In this document: positions 21,452 to 33,228 of the stretch, piece by piece
Layout: every line of letters starts with the position of its first letter
Numbering within the stretch: the stretch's first letter is position 1
From: Longimicrobiales bacterium
GTDB taxonomy: Bacteria; Gemmatimonadota; Gemmatimonadetes; Longimicrobiales; Gaopeijiaceae
Assembly (NCBI GenBank): GCA_965204735.1
Contig: OZ242008.1
Coordinates: 1,024,001 to 1,088,000 of the forward strand
Direction: 5' to 3'
DNA length: 64,000 bases
Position numbers and translations under genes: made by a program
The notes under the pieces: model-generated
What the model saw: only the letters and a program-made list of their open reading frames with translations
Databases searched by the model: none
Told to the model about the DNA's origin: nothing

Positions 21452-24400
21452 ATGAGCTCGCCAGAGGACGTCCAAGAAGTCCTCTCTTGCCTTCGGACCT
21501 CGCTGGACGACGAGCGCTTCCGACTGGCCCGGCAGTTCGTCCCCATCTTCCTCGGCAAGGCCCCGCTGGACTTGCTCGAGGAGCGGACCTCGGAAGAGCT
21601 GGGCCGCATGTGCATGGACTCCCTCCGCTTTCTGGAGGCGAGTCGCCCCGACCGGGTGGACGCCGAGGTCGTCAACCCCGACGAGGACAGGACCGGGTGG
21701 TACGCCCCCGTCACGGTCGTGCGGACCAACATCTCCGAGCGGCCCTTCATCGTGGACACGATCCGCGAGTACCTGTCCTCCCAGGACCTGCGGATCCGCC
21801 ACTTCGTCTACCCCCTCATGACCGTCGAGCGCGACGAAGAGGGCCGGGTTGCAAGGGTGGGCCCCGCCGACCGCAGCGGCCGCTCCGAGTCCGTCGTCCA
21901 CGCCGAAGTGGGACGGGTCACCAGCGCCGAGACCCTCGACACCCTTCGCCACGAGATCGCCCGCCGCCTCGGCGACGTGGTCAGGGCCACCGACGACTTC
22001 GAGTTCATGATCGACAAGATCAACGACGTGGTGGCGGAGCTGCGCTTCCTTTCCCGCGAGGTGCAGGAGCGCCGGGACGAGCTGCGGGAGATACAGGCGT
22101 TCCTCCGCTGGCTGCGGGACGACGGCTTGGTCTTCCTGGGCTACCGCGAGTACAACTTCGAGGAGATGGAGGACGAGGAGACGGGCGAGGCGGAGACGGT
22201 GGTGCGGGTGGAGGCGGGCTCCGGGCTGGGCATTCTCCAGGACGAGGGGAGCTCCACCTTCGCCCGCCCGGTGCCGTTCAGCCGTCTACCCGACGAGATG
22301 CGCCGGAGAGCCCTCCACGGCCCGACGCTCATCATCAGCAAGACCAACGCCGAGTCCACGATCCACCGCCGGGCGCGGATGGACTACGTCGGCGTCAAGA
22401 AGCTGCGATCCGACGGCTCGGTGGCCGGCGAGCACCGCTTCCTGGGCCTCTTCACCTCCAAGGCGTACGCCGAGCCTGCAAGGGACATCCCCATCCTTCG
22501 GGAGAAGCTGAAGACGATCCTGGGCCGCTCCGGCGTGGCGGAACGCTCCCACGACTACAAGGAGATCATCACGATCTTCGACTCCCTGCCCAAGGAAGAG
22601 CTCTTCCTGGCGTCGGAAGAGGAGATCGAGAGGGACATCCGCACGATCCTGACCCGGTACAACACGAAGGGCGTGATCGTGTCGGTGCGGCGCGACGCCC
22701 TGGGCCGAGGCGTGTCGATCATGGTGGTGCTTCCCCGGAACCGCTTCTCGGGCGAGTTCCGACGGGAGCTGGAGGAGCGGCTGACCACTCGCTACGACGC
22801 CCAGATCCTCAACTACCACTTGGCGATGAGCACCGGCGACCAAGCTCGCCTGCACTTCTACCTGGGGGGACCCGACGCCCGCCTGGACGAGGTGACCGCA
22901 GGGGAGCTGGAAGAGACGGTGGCCAAGCTGGCCCGCTCGTGGCGGGACGAGGTGCGGGAGCGGTTGGGAGAGGTCCGTCCTCCCGACGACGCCCACAGAC
23001 TGGCCAACCGCTACGCCGCCGCCTTCGCCCCCGAGTACAAGGCCGCCACCGACCCGGGCGCCGCGGTCCGCGACGTCCTCGAGCTGGAGGAGATGAAGGC
23101 TGCGGGGACCAGGGAGTCGGCCCGGTTCTACGACGACCCCGGGGGAGAGGGCGAGCGCGAACTGAAGATATACGTCCGGGGCCGGCGGATCGTGCTCTCG
23201 GACTTCATGCCGGTGCTGGAGAACTGCGGCCTGCGCGTGGTCGGGGTGTCGCCCTTCGAGCTTCGGCCCAACGGGGGCGAAGAGGGCTCCGTCATCTACA
23301 GCTTCGCCGTGCAGGCGTCGGCCGGAGAGGGACTGGACGTGAGGGGCCGAGGCCGGGTCCTCTCCGAGGCGATCCTGGCGGTCCGGGCGGGCGACGCGAG
23401 CAACGACGCCTTCAACCGGTTGGTCCAGCGCACCGGAATGGCGTGGAGGGAGGCCGACGTGCTCCGGGCCTACGCCGGCTACGCGTTCCAGATCGGCGCC
23501 GTCCCCAGCCGCCAGGTCCTGGTCTCGGCGCTGGAGGCGCACCCGGAGATGGCGTTGCTTCTCTTCCGGCTCTTCGAGGCCCGGTTCGACCCGGCCCTGG
23601 GCCCCGCCGCCGACGGAGTCCTGCTCGGCGACGGCGTCTCGGGCGGCGACGGCGGTTCCGGCGGCACGGACAGGCGCGGCGCGGCCGGCGACGGCGTCTC
23701 GGGCGACCGAGAGGTCCGCGTGGCCGCGGCCCGCTCGCGCATCCCGGACGCGCTGGCGGCCGTGCAGTCCCTGGCCTTCGACCGGGCGCTCCGGGCGCTG
23801 TGGACCGTCGTCGAGTCCACGGTCCGCACCAACTACTACCGAGGCGGAGGCCGGAGCCCCGTCGTCAGGTCGGGGGGCGTGCCCTACGTCTCGTTCAAGT
23901 TCGACTGCGCCCGTCTCCAGGAAGTCTCCAAGAACCGGCTGGAGTTCGAGGTGTGGGTCCGCTCGTCTCGGATGGAGGGGATACACCTCCGGGGGGCCCG
24001 CGTGGCCCGGGGCGGAGTGCGCTACTCGGACCGTCCCGACGACTTCCGCACGGAGATCCTCGGGCTGGTCTACACCCAGATGGTCAAGAACGTGGTGATC
24101 GTTCCCAGCGGCTCCAAGGGGGGGTTCGTGTGCCTGCGCTCCTTGCCCGCGCGGAGGCCATGGCCGGAGAGGTCAAGGAGCAGTACTGCACCCTCGTGCG
24201 GGGGCTGCTGGACGTGACCGACAACCTGAACCGCGACGCGGCCCTGCCCAAGGAAGTCGTCTGCTACGACGGCTTCGACCCCTACCTGGTCGTGGCCGCC
24301 GACAAGGGGACCGCGCGGTTCTCGGACGTGGCCAACGCCGTGGCGGCCGACTACGGCTTCTGGCTGGGAGACGCCTTCGCCTCGGGCGGCTCCAACGGCT

Positions 24401-26388
24401 ACGACCACAAGGAAGTGGGGATCACCGCCGGAGGGGCCTGGGAGTCGGTCAAGCGGCACTTCCGCGAGATGGGCAAGGACGTGGCGACCGAACCCTTCAC
24501 GGCGGCCGGCATCGGCGACATGAGCGGCGACGTGTTCGGCAACGGCATGCTCCTCTCCAAGGCGGTCCGACTGGTGGCGGCGTTCGACCACCGCCACGTC
24601 TTCATCGATCCGGACCCCGACCCGGAGAGCTCTTGGCAGGAGCGCAAGCGCCTCTTCGACCTGGGCGGCTCGTCGTGGGACGACTACGACCGGAGCAAGC
24701 TGTCCAAGGGGGGGACGATCGTCTCCCGCAGCCTCAAGTCGGTCGAGCTCGCCCCCGAGGCCGAAGCAGCGCTGGGGCTGACTCCCGCCTCCGGTCCCCT
24801 GGACGGCGAGAGCCTCATCCGGGCCGTCCTGGCCGCGCCGGTGGAGCTGCTCTGGAACGGCGGAATCGGCACCTACGTGAAGGGCGTCCACGAAACCCAC
24901 GCCGACGCCGGCGACCCCGCCAACGACGCGGTGCGGATCAACGCCAACCGGCTCCGCGCGAAGGTCGTGGGCGAAGGCGGCAACCTGGGGTTCACCCAGG
25001 CCGCCCGCGTGGAGTATGCGCTGGAGGGGGGACGGCTCAACACCGACGCCCTGGACAACTCGGGCGGCGTGAACCTGTCCGACCGCGAGGTCAACCTCAA
25101 GATCCTCCTCAACGAACCGCTCCGGCACGGCGAGGCCACGCTGGAGGAGCGCAACGAGCTGCTGCGAAGGCTCAAGGCCACGGTCGCGGCCCAGGTGCTC
25201 CAGGACAACGAGTCCAACAGCCGCGCCGTGTCCCTGGACGAGTACCGGGCCCGCATGGGGGTGGACCACTTCTGGGCCCTGATGGGCGACCTGACCCGTG
25301 CCGGCGTGCTGGACCGGGACGCGGAGGGACTCCCCTCGTGGGACGTCCTGGCGACCCGGCGCAAGGCCCATCAGTCCCTGACCCGTCCCGAGCTCGCCGT
25401 CCTCCTTTCCTACGCCAAGCTGCACCTGACGTCGGCGTTGCTGGCGTCGGACCTTCCCGACGACCCCGCCGCCGCGGCCTACTTCTACGACTACTTCCCG
25501 CCCGAGGCCATGGAGTTCGCCGGCCGCGACCGGGCGGCGAAGCACAGGCTGCGGCGCGAGATCGTGGCCAGCCAGCTCACCAACGACCTGGTGGACATCA
25601 TGGGCGCGGCGTTCGTGGCGCGGGTGGCGCGGGAGACCGGGCACGAGCCCGAGGAGGTGGCCCGGGCGTGGCTGGTGGCGGCCCGCCTGACCGGCCACGG
25701 CGCCCTGGTGGCGGAGATCCGGGCTCGGGAAGGCGCCGTCTCCGCCGGGGTGGCCTACCGCTGGACCCGGGGACTTGCCCGCGTCCTCGACCGCACGACC
25801 CGCTGGGTCCTCTCCAGCTGCGACCCGGAAGACTCGACCACCGAGCTGGTGGAGCGGAACCTGGAGGGGTTGGAGTCGCTGCGGGGCCGGTTCGACGAGA
25901 TCGTGTCCGGCGAGGATCGCCGCGTCTACGTCTCCCTGCTGAGCGAGACGCGGAAGCAGGGCGTGGACCAGGAGTTCGCCCGCCGGTTCCTGACCCTCCG
26001 CTTCTTGGACGGCCTGCTGGAGATCCTGCGCATCTCCCGCACCACCTCGGCCGATCCGGTGGAGGCGGCGCGCACCTACTACTTGGTCACCGAGGAGCTG
26101 CGGCTCCCTTGGCTGATGCGCGGCATCGAGAAGGCGGGGAGGCAGGGGAAGTGGGAGCGGCGCTGGGCTCTGGGCCTCGCCCACGACCTGGGCGCCGTCC
26201 GGCGCCGCCTGACCAAGGACGCCCTGACCGGCCGGGTCGCGCCGACCGACGGCCTGGGCTTCGCCGACCGCGAGGGCCGTCTGGACCGCTTCCACGACCT
26301 CCTGGAGGAGATGCAGGGCGAAGAGGCGACCTCCCTGGCGAGCCTCTCGGCGGCGGTCCAGGAGATCCGGCACCTGGGGGAGGGGTAG
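21452..26388 (+). CDS. gdhB: Large NAD-specific glutamate dehydrogenase; frameshift near 24145-24155
   Basis: First frame has EGIHLRGARVARGGVRYSDR...KGGFV. Second frame has DPYLVVAADKGTA, GYDHK, GIGDMSGDVFGNGML and NTDALDNSGGV. Confidence 0.92.
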
Positions 26389-26647
26389 GTGTGGGAGGGG
26401 CAGGCTTGCCCGACCGCCTGGACGAGACGGGCGGAACTCCTCGGCACACCGCGCGGGCCCGCCGGGCCGTGCGGCAAAGACCAGCTCCTGGGGGTCGGCG
26501 CATCTTCCTTTGCATTCCGGCTGAGGCAGGGATATCGTCATGATGCGGTGGCGAATCGGCCGCCGCTGCGGTGACCTTTAGCATGGCCGTGCAAACTGCC
26601 TTTGGCGACCTGACGGCCCGCCCCGCCGTCCAACAGGAGTCCTCGCG

Positions 26648-28673
26648 ATGAAGCCCGTGTCCCTGGACGTACTCTTCAACAACAAGATCTTCCGCATCCC
26701 GGACTACCAGCGTGGATTCGCGTGGCAGACGGAGCAGCTCCGCCAGTTCTGGGACGACTTGGTCAACCTCGCCGAAGGCCGTTCGCACTACACGGGCCTC
26801 ATCACCATGCGGGAAATTGCCACCGACAACACCGACCGGTACGGGAAGGAACAGTGGCTCATCAGGGATTTCTCCCATCGCGCCTACCACATCGTGGACG
26901 GCCAGCAGCGCCTGACCACTCTTGTAGTCCTTCTCCAGGCGTTCGTCGAATTGAAGAGAAGTCTTTGCAAAGACGAGTCCGACAGGGAGATCTACGTCTC
27001 CGAGAGTCTCACCATAGACGACGTCGTCGAGAAGTACATCGTCAGGAAGCATCCGAAGGGCATCTACCGGACATACAAGTTCGGCTACGACGCCGACAAC
27101 CCCAGCGACAAGTTCTTCCGCCACAAGATCGTTGGAGAACCGGACAGGGGCGCGGTCGACGAAACCTTCTACACGCTGAACTTGACTCGAGCCAAGGAGT
27201 ACTTCGCCAAGCGCCTGAGGCAGCTCTACGAGTCGGCTGGGATCCCTGGACTTCAGGAGATGTACTCGAAGGTCACCCGGTCGCTGCTGTTCAACGAATA
27301 CGTCATCGAGGACGAATTCGACGTCTACGTCGCCTTCGAGACGATGAACAACCGGGGAAAGCCGCTGTCGAACTTGGAGCTTCTCAAGAATCGGCTCATC
27401 TACCTCGTGACGCTCTACCCCAACGACTGCTTGGACGCCGTAAGCCGAGAGGATCTCCGGCAGCGCATCAACAAGGTCTGGAAGGGAGTCTACCACCAGC
27501 TGGGACGCAACAAGGCACACCCGTTGAACGACGACGAGTTCTTGCGTGCCCACTGGATCATGTACTTCGGCTTCGATTCTAAAGCGAACTACAGCCACTT
27601 CCTCCTGGACGACTACTTCTTCCCTCGGCGGGTACAAGATCCCGCCGCCGCGACGGTCCACCCCCAGGGGCTTCTTGGAACCTGCCGAGATCGACAAGTA
27701 TGTGGTCAGCTTGGGCGCCTCGGCGCCTCATTGGTTCAACCTTCACTTCCCTCGCAAGTCATACCCACCTCTGAAAGGCGCGGAGGTCGTAGCTCTGCTC
27801 AAGCTGCAGCGGGCGGGCGTCCGATACTTCAAGCCCCTAGTCATGGCCGTGCTCAAGAACGAGGCCGAATCGGCGAAGCGCACGGAAGCCTTCAAGGGCA
27901 TGGAGCGATTCGTCTTCCTCGCGTTCCACGTGCACGGAATGCAATGGAACTACGCTCGGCCCGAATTCCTGAGGGCGGCTCGCCAAGTGGACCGCGAGGA
28001 GATCGGCCTGGCCACGGTCCACAAGAAGCTGTCAGGTCGTCTGTCCGTAATGCTCGGAGAGGACGGGACGCTCAAGCAGCGTTGGTTCCGAAACCTCATG
28101 GCAAGAAAGTTCGCCGACGGCGGCTACGGCTACTACGCATGGAGCGGCCTGCGTCACTTGCTCTTCGAGTACGAACTGCACCTTCAGGGCCGACGCCTAA
28201 GCAAGGTGTCGTGGGAGCACCTCAAGAAGTCCAAGCGCGACATGGTAACCGTGGAGCACATCGCGCCGCAAGGCCCGAACAAACATTGGCGACCGGCGTT
28301 CAAGAAACACCACGCCTTTCGGGACCTGGATGGGCAGGAAGGCGACGCGACGTTCCGCGAACTGTACCACAGGCACGTCAACTCCCTCGGCAACCTGCTC
28401 CTGCTGTCCCGCTCCGTGAACTCGGCGCTTCAGGACCATTCCTTCGAGCGGAAGAAGAAAGCGTGGCGCGATTCCGAGGGCAACACGTTGCGGGACGGAT
28501 ACGCCAACGGTTCCCACTCCGAACTCGAGGTCGCCATGCAAGAATCGTGGGGTCCCGAAGAGATCCGCAAGCGCGGCATGAAGCTGCTGACCTTCTTCGA
28601 GGACCGCTGGCAGGTGCGGTTTCGGAGCGAGGAAGAGAAGGAGCGCCTCTTGATGCTCTCCGTCGACTCGTAG
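26648..28673 (+). CDS. GmrSD-like DUF262 + DUF1524 (HNH) modification-dependent restriction nuclease; +1 frameshift at about 27660
   Basis: IPDYQRGFAW, VDGQQRLTT and FETMNNRGKPL, then TVEHIAPQ and LGNLLLLSRSVNS in the second frame. Removing one C in the run at 27661-27665 joins the frames. Confidence 0.88.
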
Positions 28674-28705
28674 TCCCGACGCGCTTCCCACGCCGCGTAA
28701 GCGAG

Positions 28706-29665
28706 TCAGCCTCGGTCGCCTGGAGCGCGACCAACGACGCTGACGCTGCCGGTCGCGACTTCCAGCAGCACTCCCTCCTTGAGTCCGACCGCGGGAACCA
28801 CGATCCGATCCGCCTGGGCAAGCTTCGCGAAATAGCGGTACACCAACGCCGCGGGAAGGATTACGTCGGCGCGGTCGGGGCGGAGCCTCAGGTCGCGGAT
28901 CCGCTCGGCCACCGACATGGACGAGAGCATCTGGATTACGGCTTCGAGGCGACGGAGCGAGAGCACGGCGATCTTCAGAGGGTCCACATAGGCGAGGGCA
29001 AGCTGGGCGATCGACTCGACGTTGCCTCCGGTGGCTGCCAACGCCACTGGAACCCTGCGGTTGCCGGGGTGCGGGACGACCAGCGGCTCCAGCTGCCGGG
29101 CAACCCACTGCCGCAGCGTGTCGTGACAGCCCTCGGCCGCTTCCAGCGTTTCCAGCAAGCGGACGGTGCCGACGCGGTGGGATTGGCTCCAGAGAATCCG
29201 CTCGTGGTCCACTAGCGACACCTCCACGCTGCCTCCTCCCAGGTCCACGAGCATCCAGCACCCGCGGGAGAGGTCGATCCGCCGACCCACGGCCAGGTGG
29301 ACCAGGCGCGCCTCCTCGTCCCCCGTGATCGGCTCCAGCTCGATGTCGGATTCTGCCCGGATTCTGTTCAGGAATCTGTCGCGGTTGGCGGCCTCCCTCG
29401 TGGCGCTGGTCGCCACCGCTCGATAGCGCTCCACGCCCAGGGCGTCCATCTCCGCTCGGAAGCCCCGGAACGCAGCCGCCCCCTGGGCCAGCGTCTCGTC
29501 GTCCAGCTCGCCTTCCGTGAAGACCCGGTGCCCAAGCCGCACGGACACCCGCCTGCGGACCACAACCTCGTAGCTGGCCGGACCGCTAAAGTCCGCAACC
29601 ATCAGCCGGATCGCGTTGGACCCTGCGTCGACGGCTGCGACCCGAACCGGGAAGGAAGCGCTCAA
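28706..29665 (-). CDS. ppx: Ppx/GppA exopolyphosphatase
   Basis: AVDAGSNAIR, ATSATREAAN, GDEEARL, DLGGGSVE, DRADVI and GLKEG. Start uncertain. Confidence 0.9.
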   Translation of the reverse strand: MSASFPVRVAAVDAGSNAIRLMVADFSGPASYEVVVRRRVSVRLGHRVFTEGELDDETLAQGAAAFRGFRAEMDALGVERYRAVATSATREAANRDRFLNRIRAESDIELEPITGDEEARLVHLAVGRRIDLSRGCWMLVDLGGGSVEVSLVDHERILWSQSHRVGTVRLLETLEAAEGCHDTLRQWVARQLEPLVVPHPGNRRVPVALAATGGNVESIAQLALAYVDPLKIAVLSLRRLEAVIQMLSSMSVAERIRDLRLRPDRADVILPAALVYRYFAKLAQADRIVVPAVGLKEGVLLEVATGSVSVVGRAPGDRG

Positions 29666-29687
29666 CCGGCGGGTTCCGCGACGCCGA

Positions 29688-30221
29688 CTACTCGCTCTTC
29701 CTTCCGAACGCCTTGACCCACCCCGGAAGGCGGCCAAGCGCGAAGATCGCAGCCAAGCTGATCACGGTCGAGCCCCCGAGGGTCGTAGCGAAGGATTCGT
29801 AGCCCGCGTAGAGCGCGATCATCGAGCAGGCCAGCACGGCGAGGACGACCACGAAGCCAAGCCGTCGACCTTGCTTGGTGTTCGAAATGGCGGCCGCCAA
29901 AGCGGTGCGGCCGAACTCGATCTCATGATCTGCCGCCTTCTCGGCCATCCGAACCACGCGCTCCGCGCCACCGGGCACCACGTCGTCGTACTGCTTCAGC
30001 ATGAGGGGCGGAGGCAGAGGACCCGTCACCTCGCGAAACGCAGTCCAGCAGGCCGCGGAAACCCTCTTCGTGCTCCGGCGCATGATGTCGTCGGCCTTGT
30101 GGGCGCCGACATCCTCGTAATCGACCACAGGCCACAGATCGAGAAGAGAACCCAACCCGGCGATGAAGGGCCGTACTCGAGGGTGCCGACCCGCGGCCAC
30201 CGAGTCATGCCTCTGTTCCAT
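29688..30221 (-). CDS. DUF2335-like membrane protein
   Basis: GPLPPP..LKQYDDVVPGGAERVVRMAE followed by two TM helices. Start uncertain. Confidence 0.75.
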   Translation of the reverse strand: MEQRHDSVAAGRHPRVRPFIAGLGSLLDLWPVVDYEDVGAHKADDIMRRSTKRVSAACWTAFREVTGPLPPPLMLKQYDDVVPGGAERVVRMAEKAADHEIEFGRTALAAAISNTKQGRRLGFVVVLAVLACSMIALYAGYESFATTLGGSTVISLAAIFALGRLPGWVKAFGRKSE

Positions 30222-30372
30222 CAACACCGGTTCTCCCTTCGCCAGCTGGATGTCCCTCCATGACATGCTGCCCGAATACTAACACGGTTCTCTCCGGCCT
30301 GCTGGCTGCTGGAGTCAGGCAAGGCGCAGCGGTGCCCGGGCCGCCGCCGTCCCCGGTCCGTCGCCTTGTCTC

Positions 30373-31842
30373 GTGTCGGCAGCTGGTGTATGTATGGTGG
30401 CACGAGACCATGAGGTTCTGTGTGTCCATGAGCAACCCGCAGCAAGAGACGCAACCTTGCCCGCCGATCCGCCCAGCAGCCGGATTCCCGTCGGAACCCA
30501 GTTCTCGCCTGGGCTGATCTCCCTTGCCGACTTCATTGCCGCAGTCGTCCGGCATTCCGGCGACAAGGCGTCGATGGAGGAGGCGGTGTGGTCGCCCCCC
30601 GTAAGAACCGAGTCGGTTGCCAGGCCACCGACCAAGAGGCGAGCCAGCTTGCCCCTCGAGGCGGCTGTCCAGTACGGTCTCCTGACCCCCGGCAACTACT
30701 GCGCAACCGATTTGGCGCGGGAGCTGCACCGTCTGGAGGGCCAGTCGCTCTTCGACCGGTTCGCCAGGCATGTCCTGCTGAACTGCGGCGGCCTGCGCGT
30801 CGTTGAAGCCGTTCAGCAGATGCAGGCCGACGACATGAGGGTCACGGGAGACGGCTTGGCCGAGTATCTCACGGCACAAGGGTTCCGGGTGAGCGTGCAC
30901 AACACCGCAGTCAACACTCTGCGATTGTGGCTTTCTCGGGCCGGGATCTTCCCTGTTGGGCGTTCCCGCGCCTGGACCGTCGACGAATCGGCCAAAAAGC
31001 GCGTTCTCGGTCTTGACGACGATCAGATCCTGACGCTGGCAGGACTGTCGCCCGCGCAAGTGGCCTTCGTGGAGGGCCTGTGCGTCCTTCGTCCAGAGGG
31101 ATGGGTGCGCGCCAGCGAAGTACGCGACTGGGCGGAGACGTTCCGAGGAGTCTCGATTGGACGCGGTTCGCTGCCAAAGGAGGTGCTCAACGCACTCCAG
31201 GAATCGGGACTCGTCGAGTATCGGACCGGTGGGACCAGGGGCGGCAAGGCGTCGCAGACCAGGGTGACCGACAAGTTCGACCGGGAAGTCTTGCTGCCGT
31301 TCGTCACGAAGGCGATTCGCGACCTGGACGCGTCGGTCAGCGCCTACTACAAGAAGCGCCCGGAGGACATATACGCGGGTCTGGAATCCCAAGACGGACA
31401 CGTGAAGGGACAAGCCCTCGAAGCGTTCGCCATATTCGTCATGCGGCTCATGGGCCTTCGTTTCGCCGGCTGGCGGAAGCGCGCCGAGGCCGAGGTGGAC
31501 GCCCTGTTGGAAGGCGTCCTTGGTCCCGTGGCCACGCGTTGGCAGGTCCAGTGCAAGAACACGCCGAGCACTGCCGTTCGGCTGGAAGAGGTCGCCAAGG
31601 AGGTGGGCCTGCTGCCGCTGACGCGGGCAACCCACGTCCTGTTCGTCGCCAACTCGACGTTCTCCGACGATGCCAGGCGATACGCACGCAACGTGATGAA
31701 GACCATGCCGGTCGGCATCTACTTCCTGGATCGGCGCGACTTCCAAGCTCTGCGGTCAAGTCCCGAAAAGATCACGGCAATCTTGAAGGAGCAATCCGCC
31801 TCCATGCTTGCGGCTGGTCGACCGGCCATCTTCAAGGGTTGA
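30373..31842 (+). CDS. Restriction endonuclease with C-terminal Mrr-like PD-(D/E)xK domain
   Basis: KGQALE...EVDALL...WQVQCKN (QxK variant)...FSDDARRYA. The true start is probably downstream (about 30490). Confidence 0.78.
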   Translation: MSAAGVCMVARDHEVLCVHEQPAARDATLPADPPSSRIPVGTQFSPGLISLADFIAAVVRHSGDKASMEEAVWSPPVRTESVARPPTKRRASLPLEAAVQYGLLTPGNYCATDLARELHRLEGQSLFDRFARHVLLNCGGLRVVEAVQQMQADDMRVTGDGLAEYLTAQGFRVSVHNTAVNTLRLWLSRAGIFPVGRSRAWTVDESAKKRVLGLDDDQILTLAGLSPAQVAFVEGLCVLRPEGWVRASEVRDWAETFRGVSIGRGSLPKEVLNALQESGLVEYRTGGTRGGKASQTRVTDKFDREVLLPFVTKAIRDLDASVSAYYKKRPEDIYAGLESQDGHVKGQALEAFAIFVMRLMGLRFAGWRKRAEAEVDALLEGVLGPVATRWQVQCKNTPSTAVRLEEVAKEVGLLPLTRATHVLFVANSTFSDDARRYARNVMKTMPVGIYFLDRRDFQALRSSPEKITAILKEQSASMLAAGRPAIFKG

Positions 31843-31867
31843 GTGGTCGGCCCGCCGAGAGCCGCGC

Positions 31868-32995
31868 CTACGGCTCCAGCTTCAAGAGATCACGTTGCGA
31901 CGGCAGAGGATTGGTGGATTCCTCCAGACGCTTCGACATGGGAGGGCGTTCTTTCCCGCCGTCGGCGGCAAGAGGCTCCGTGGGCGGGCCGTCCCAAAGC
32001 AGGTCGGGTCTGGGTATCCTGTAGTAGTTGCCCGGATCCTTGACGTCTTTGGTTTCCCGCGGAACAACGGGTCGCGCAAAGCGTCCTTTGGCGCCTTCCA
32101 GGTACTCCTCGATCATCTCCACGCAAGTCCACCTGCGACCAAGCCGTTCGCACACTTCGCCAGTCATGCAGGAGCCGCCAAAGGGATCCAACACGGAATC
32201 ACCTTGGTCCGTGAGCATGCGGACGAAGAACTCCGGTATCTCCGCTGGAAAGCGCGCGGGATGGGGCTTGATGCCGCGCTGCTTGCAGTAACGCTGGTAG
32301 AAGGAGTTGCTTTCCGTATGCGCTACTGCAATGAGGTTGGGTGGAATTGCCGCCCCATTGTCGCGAGCGAACTTCTCGCTGATGTTGTGTCCGCTGGGTC
32401 TTCTCTGGGCTTTGTACCCCATGCGCAGCAGGCTCCGCATGCTCTTGCTGTACGGGTGCAGCACGCGCCGGTTCGTCGCCTTCGGCCACTCGCTGGGCGA
32501 CAACCAGTAGACCGAATTCACAGCGTCCTTGACCCGGACCCGCCTTATGTTCACCCATTCCGCAGGCGTAGGCAGCTTGGACGGGTTCCACCAGTAGAAC
32601 TCCTGGGCCAAGTGGAACCCCAGTCGCTCGCACAACATGATCAGCAGCTTGAAGTGATAGAGGCTCCGGGTCGGAGCGCCCTTCTTCCAGGCGCCTCCGA
32701 TATCGATGACCAAGCTGCCCTGCGGCTTGAGGATGCGCTTGAACTGTTTGCCGAAGGCGTAGAACCAGTCCACGTAGCGATCCGCGTCTTCGTTGCCGTA
32801 GTCCTTCTTGCGAACCAGCCCGAACGGAGGACTTGTGACCACCAAGTCCAGGCATCGGTCGTCCATGGCCGTCATGTAGGCAAGGGAGTCCCCAAGCACT
32901 GCACGGCCCAGTGGGGTCCGAATCGGGACTTGGGCGTTCAGCTCGCCGTTCAACGTGAGCCTCCCTGGGACGGGCTGGGCCTGACTCGAACTCAT
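31868..32995 (-). CDS. Site-specific DNA methyltransferase, beta class (N4-C/N6-A), PvuII-like
   Basis: VVTSPPF precedes HPARFP and VLDPFGGS. ATG at 32995. Confidence 0.92.
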   Translation of the reverse strand: MSSSQAQPVPGRLTLNGELNAQVPIRTPLGRAVLGDSLAYMTAMDDRCLDLVVTSPPFGLVRKKDYGNEDADRYVDWFYAFGKQFKRILKPQGSLVIDIGGAWKKGAPTRSLYHFKLLIMLCERLGFHLAQEFYWWNPSKLPTPAEWVNIRRVRVKDAVNSVYWLSPSEWPKATNRRVLHPYSKSMRSLLRMGYKAQRRPSGHNISEKFARDNGAAIPPNLIAVAHTESNSFYQRYCKQRGIKPHPARFPAEIPEFFVRMLTDQGDSVLDPFGGSCMTGEVCERLGRRWTCVEMIEEYLEGAKGRFARPVVPRETKDVKDPGNYYRIPRPDLLWDGPPTEPLAADGGKERPPMSKRLEESTNPLPSQRDLLKLEP

Positions 32996-33228
32996 GGGAT
33001 CGTACCTTTCTCCGGTCTGCCCTGCAACCCGGTTCGGATTGGAGCCCCCGGGAGTCGGCCCCGGAGAGCTGGAACTGGAAAGGTCGCCCTGGAGCCGCTG
33101 CACGCGAATGGCTGAACGGGACAGGCGCATTGCCGGATGGGACACGACACCTGTATCCCCTGTTTCCCGCACCGTCTCTTCGTCAGCGTCCGTCGATCGA
33201 TCCGCGTGCGCCGACTCCTCGGCCCCCC

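Noticed and set aside
21442..26388. 1648-aa ORF and 921-aa ORF as two separate genes
   Set aside because: They are two halves of one frameshifted glutamate dehydrogenase.
26648..29215. 855-aa DUF262 ORF with a novel C-terminus
   Set aside because: The C-terminus is frameshift read-through. The real HNH half is in the 27546-28673 frame.
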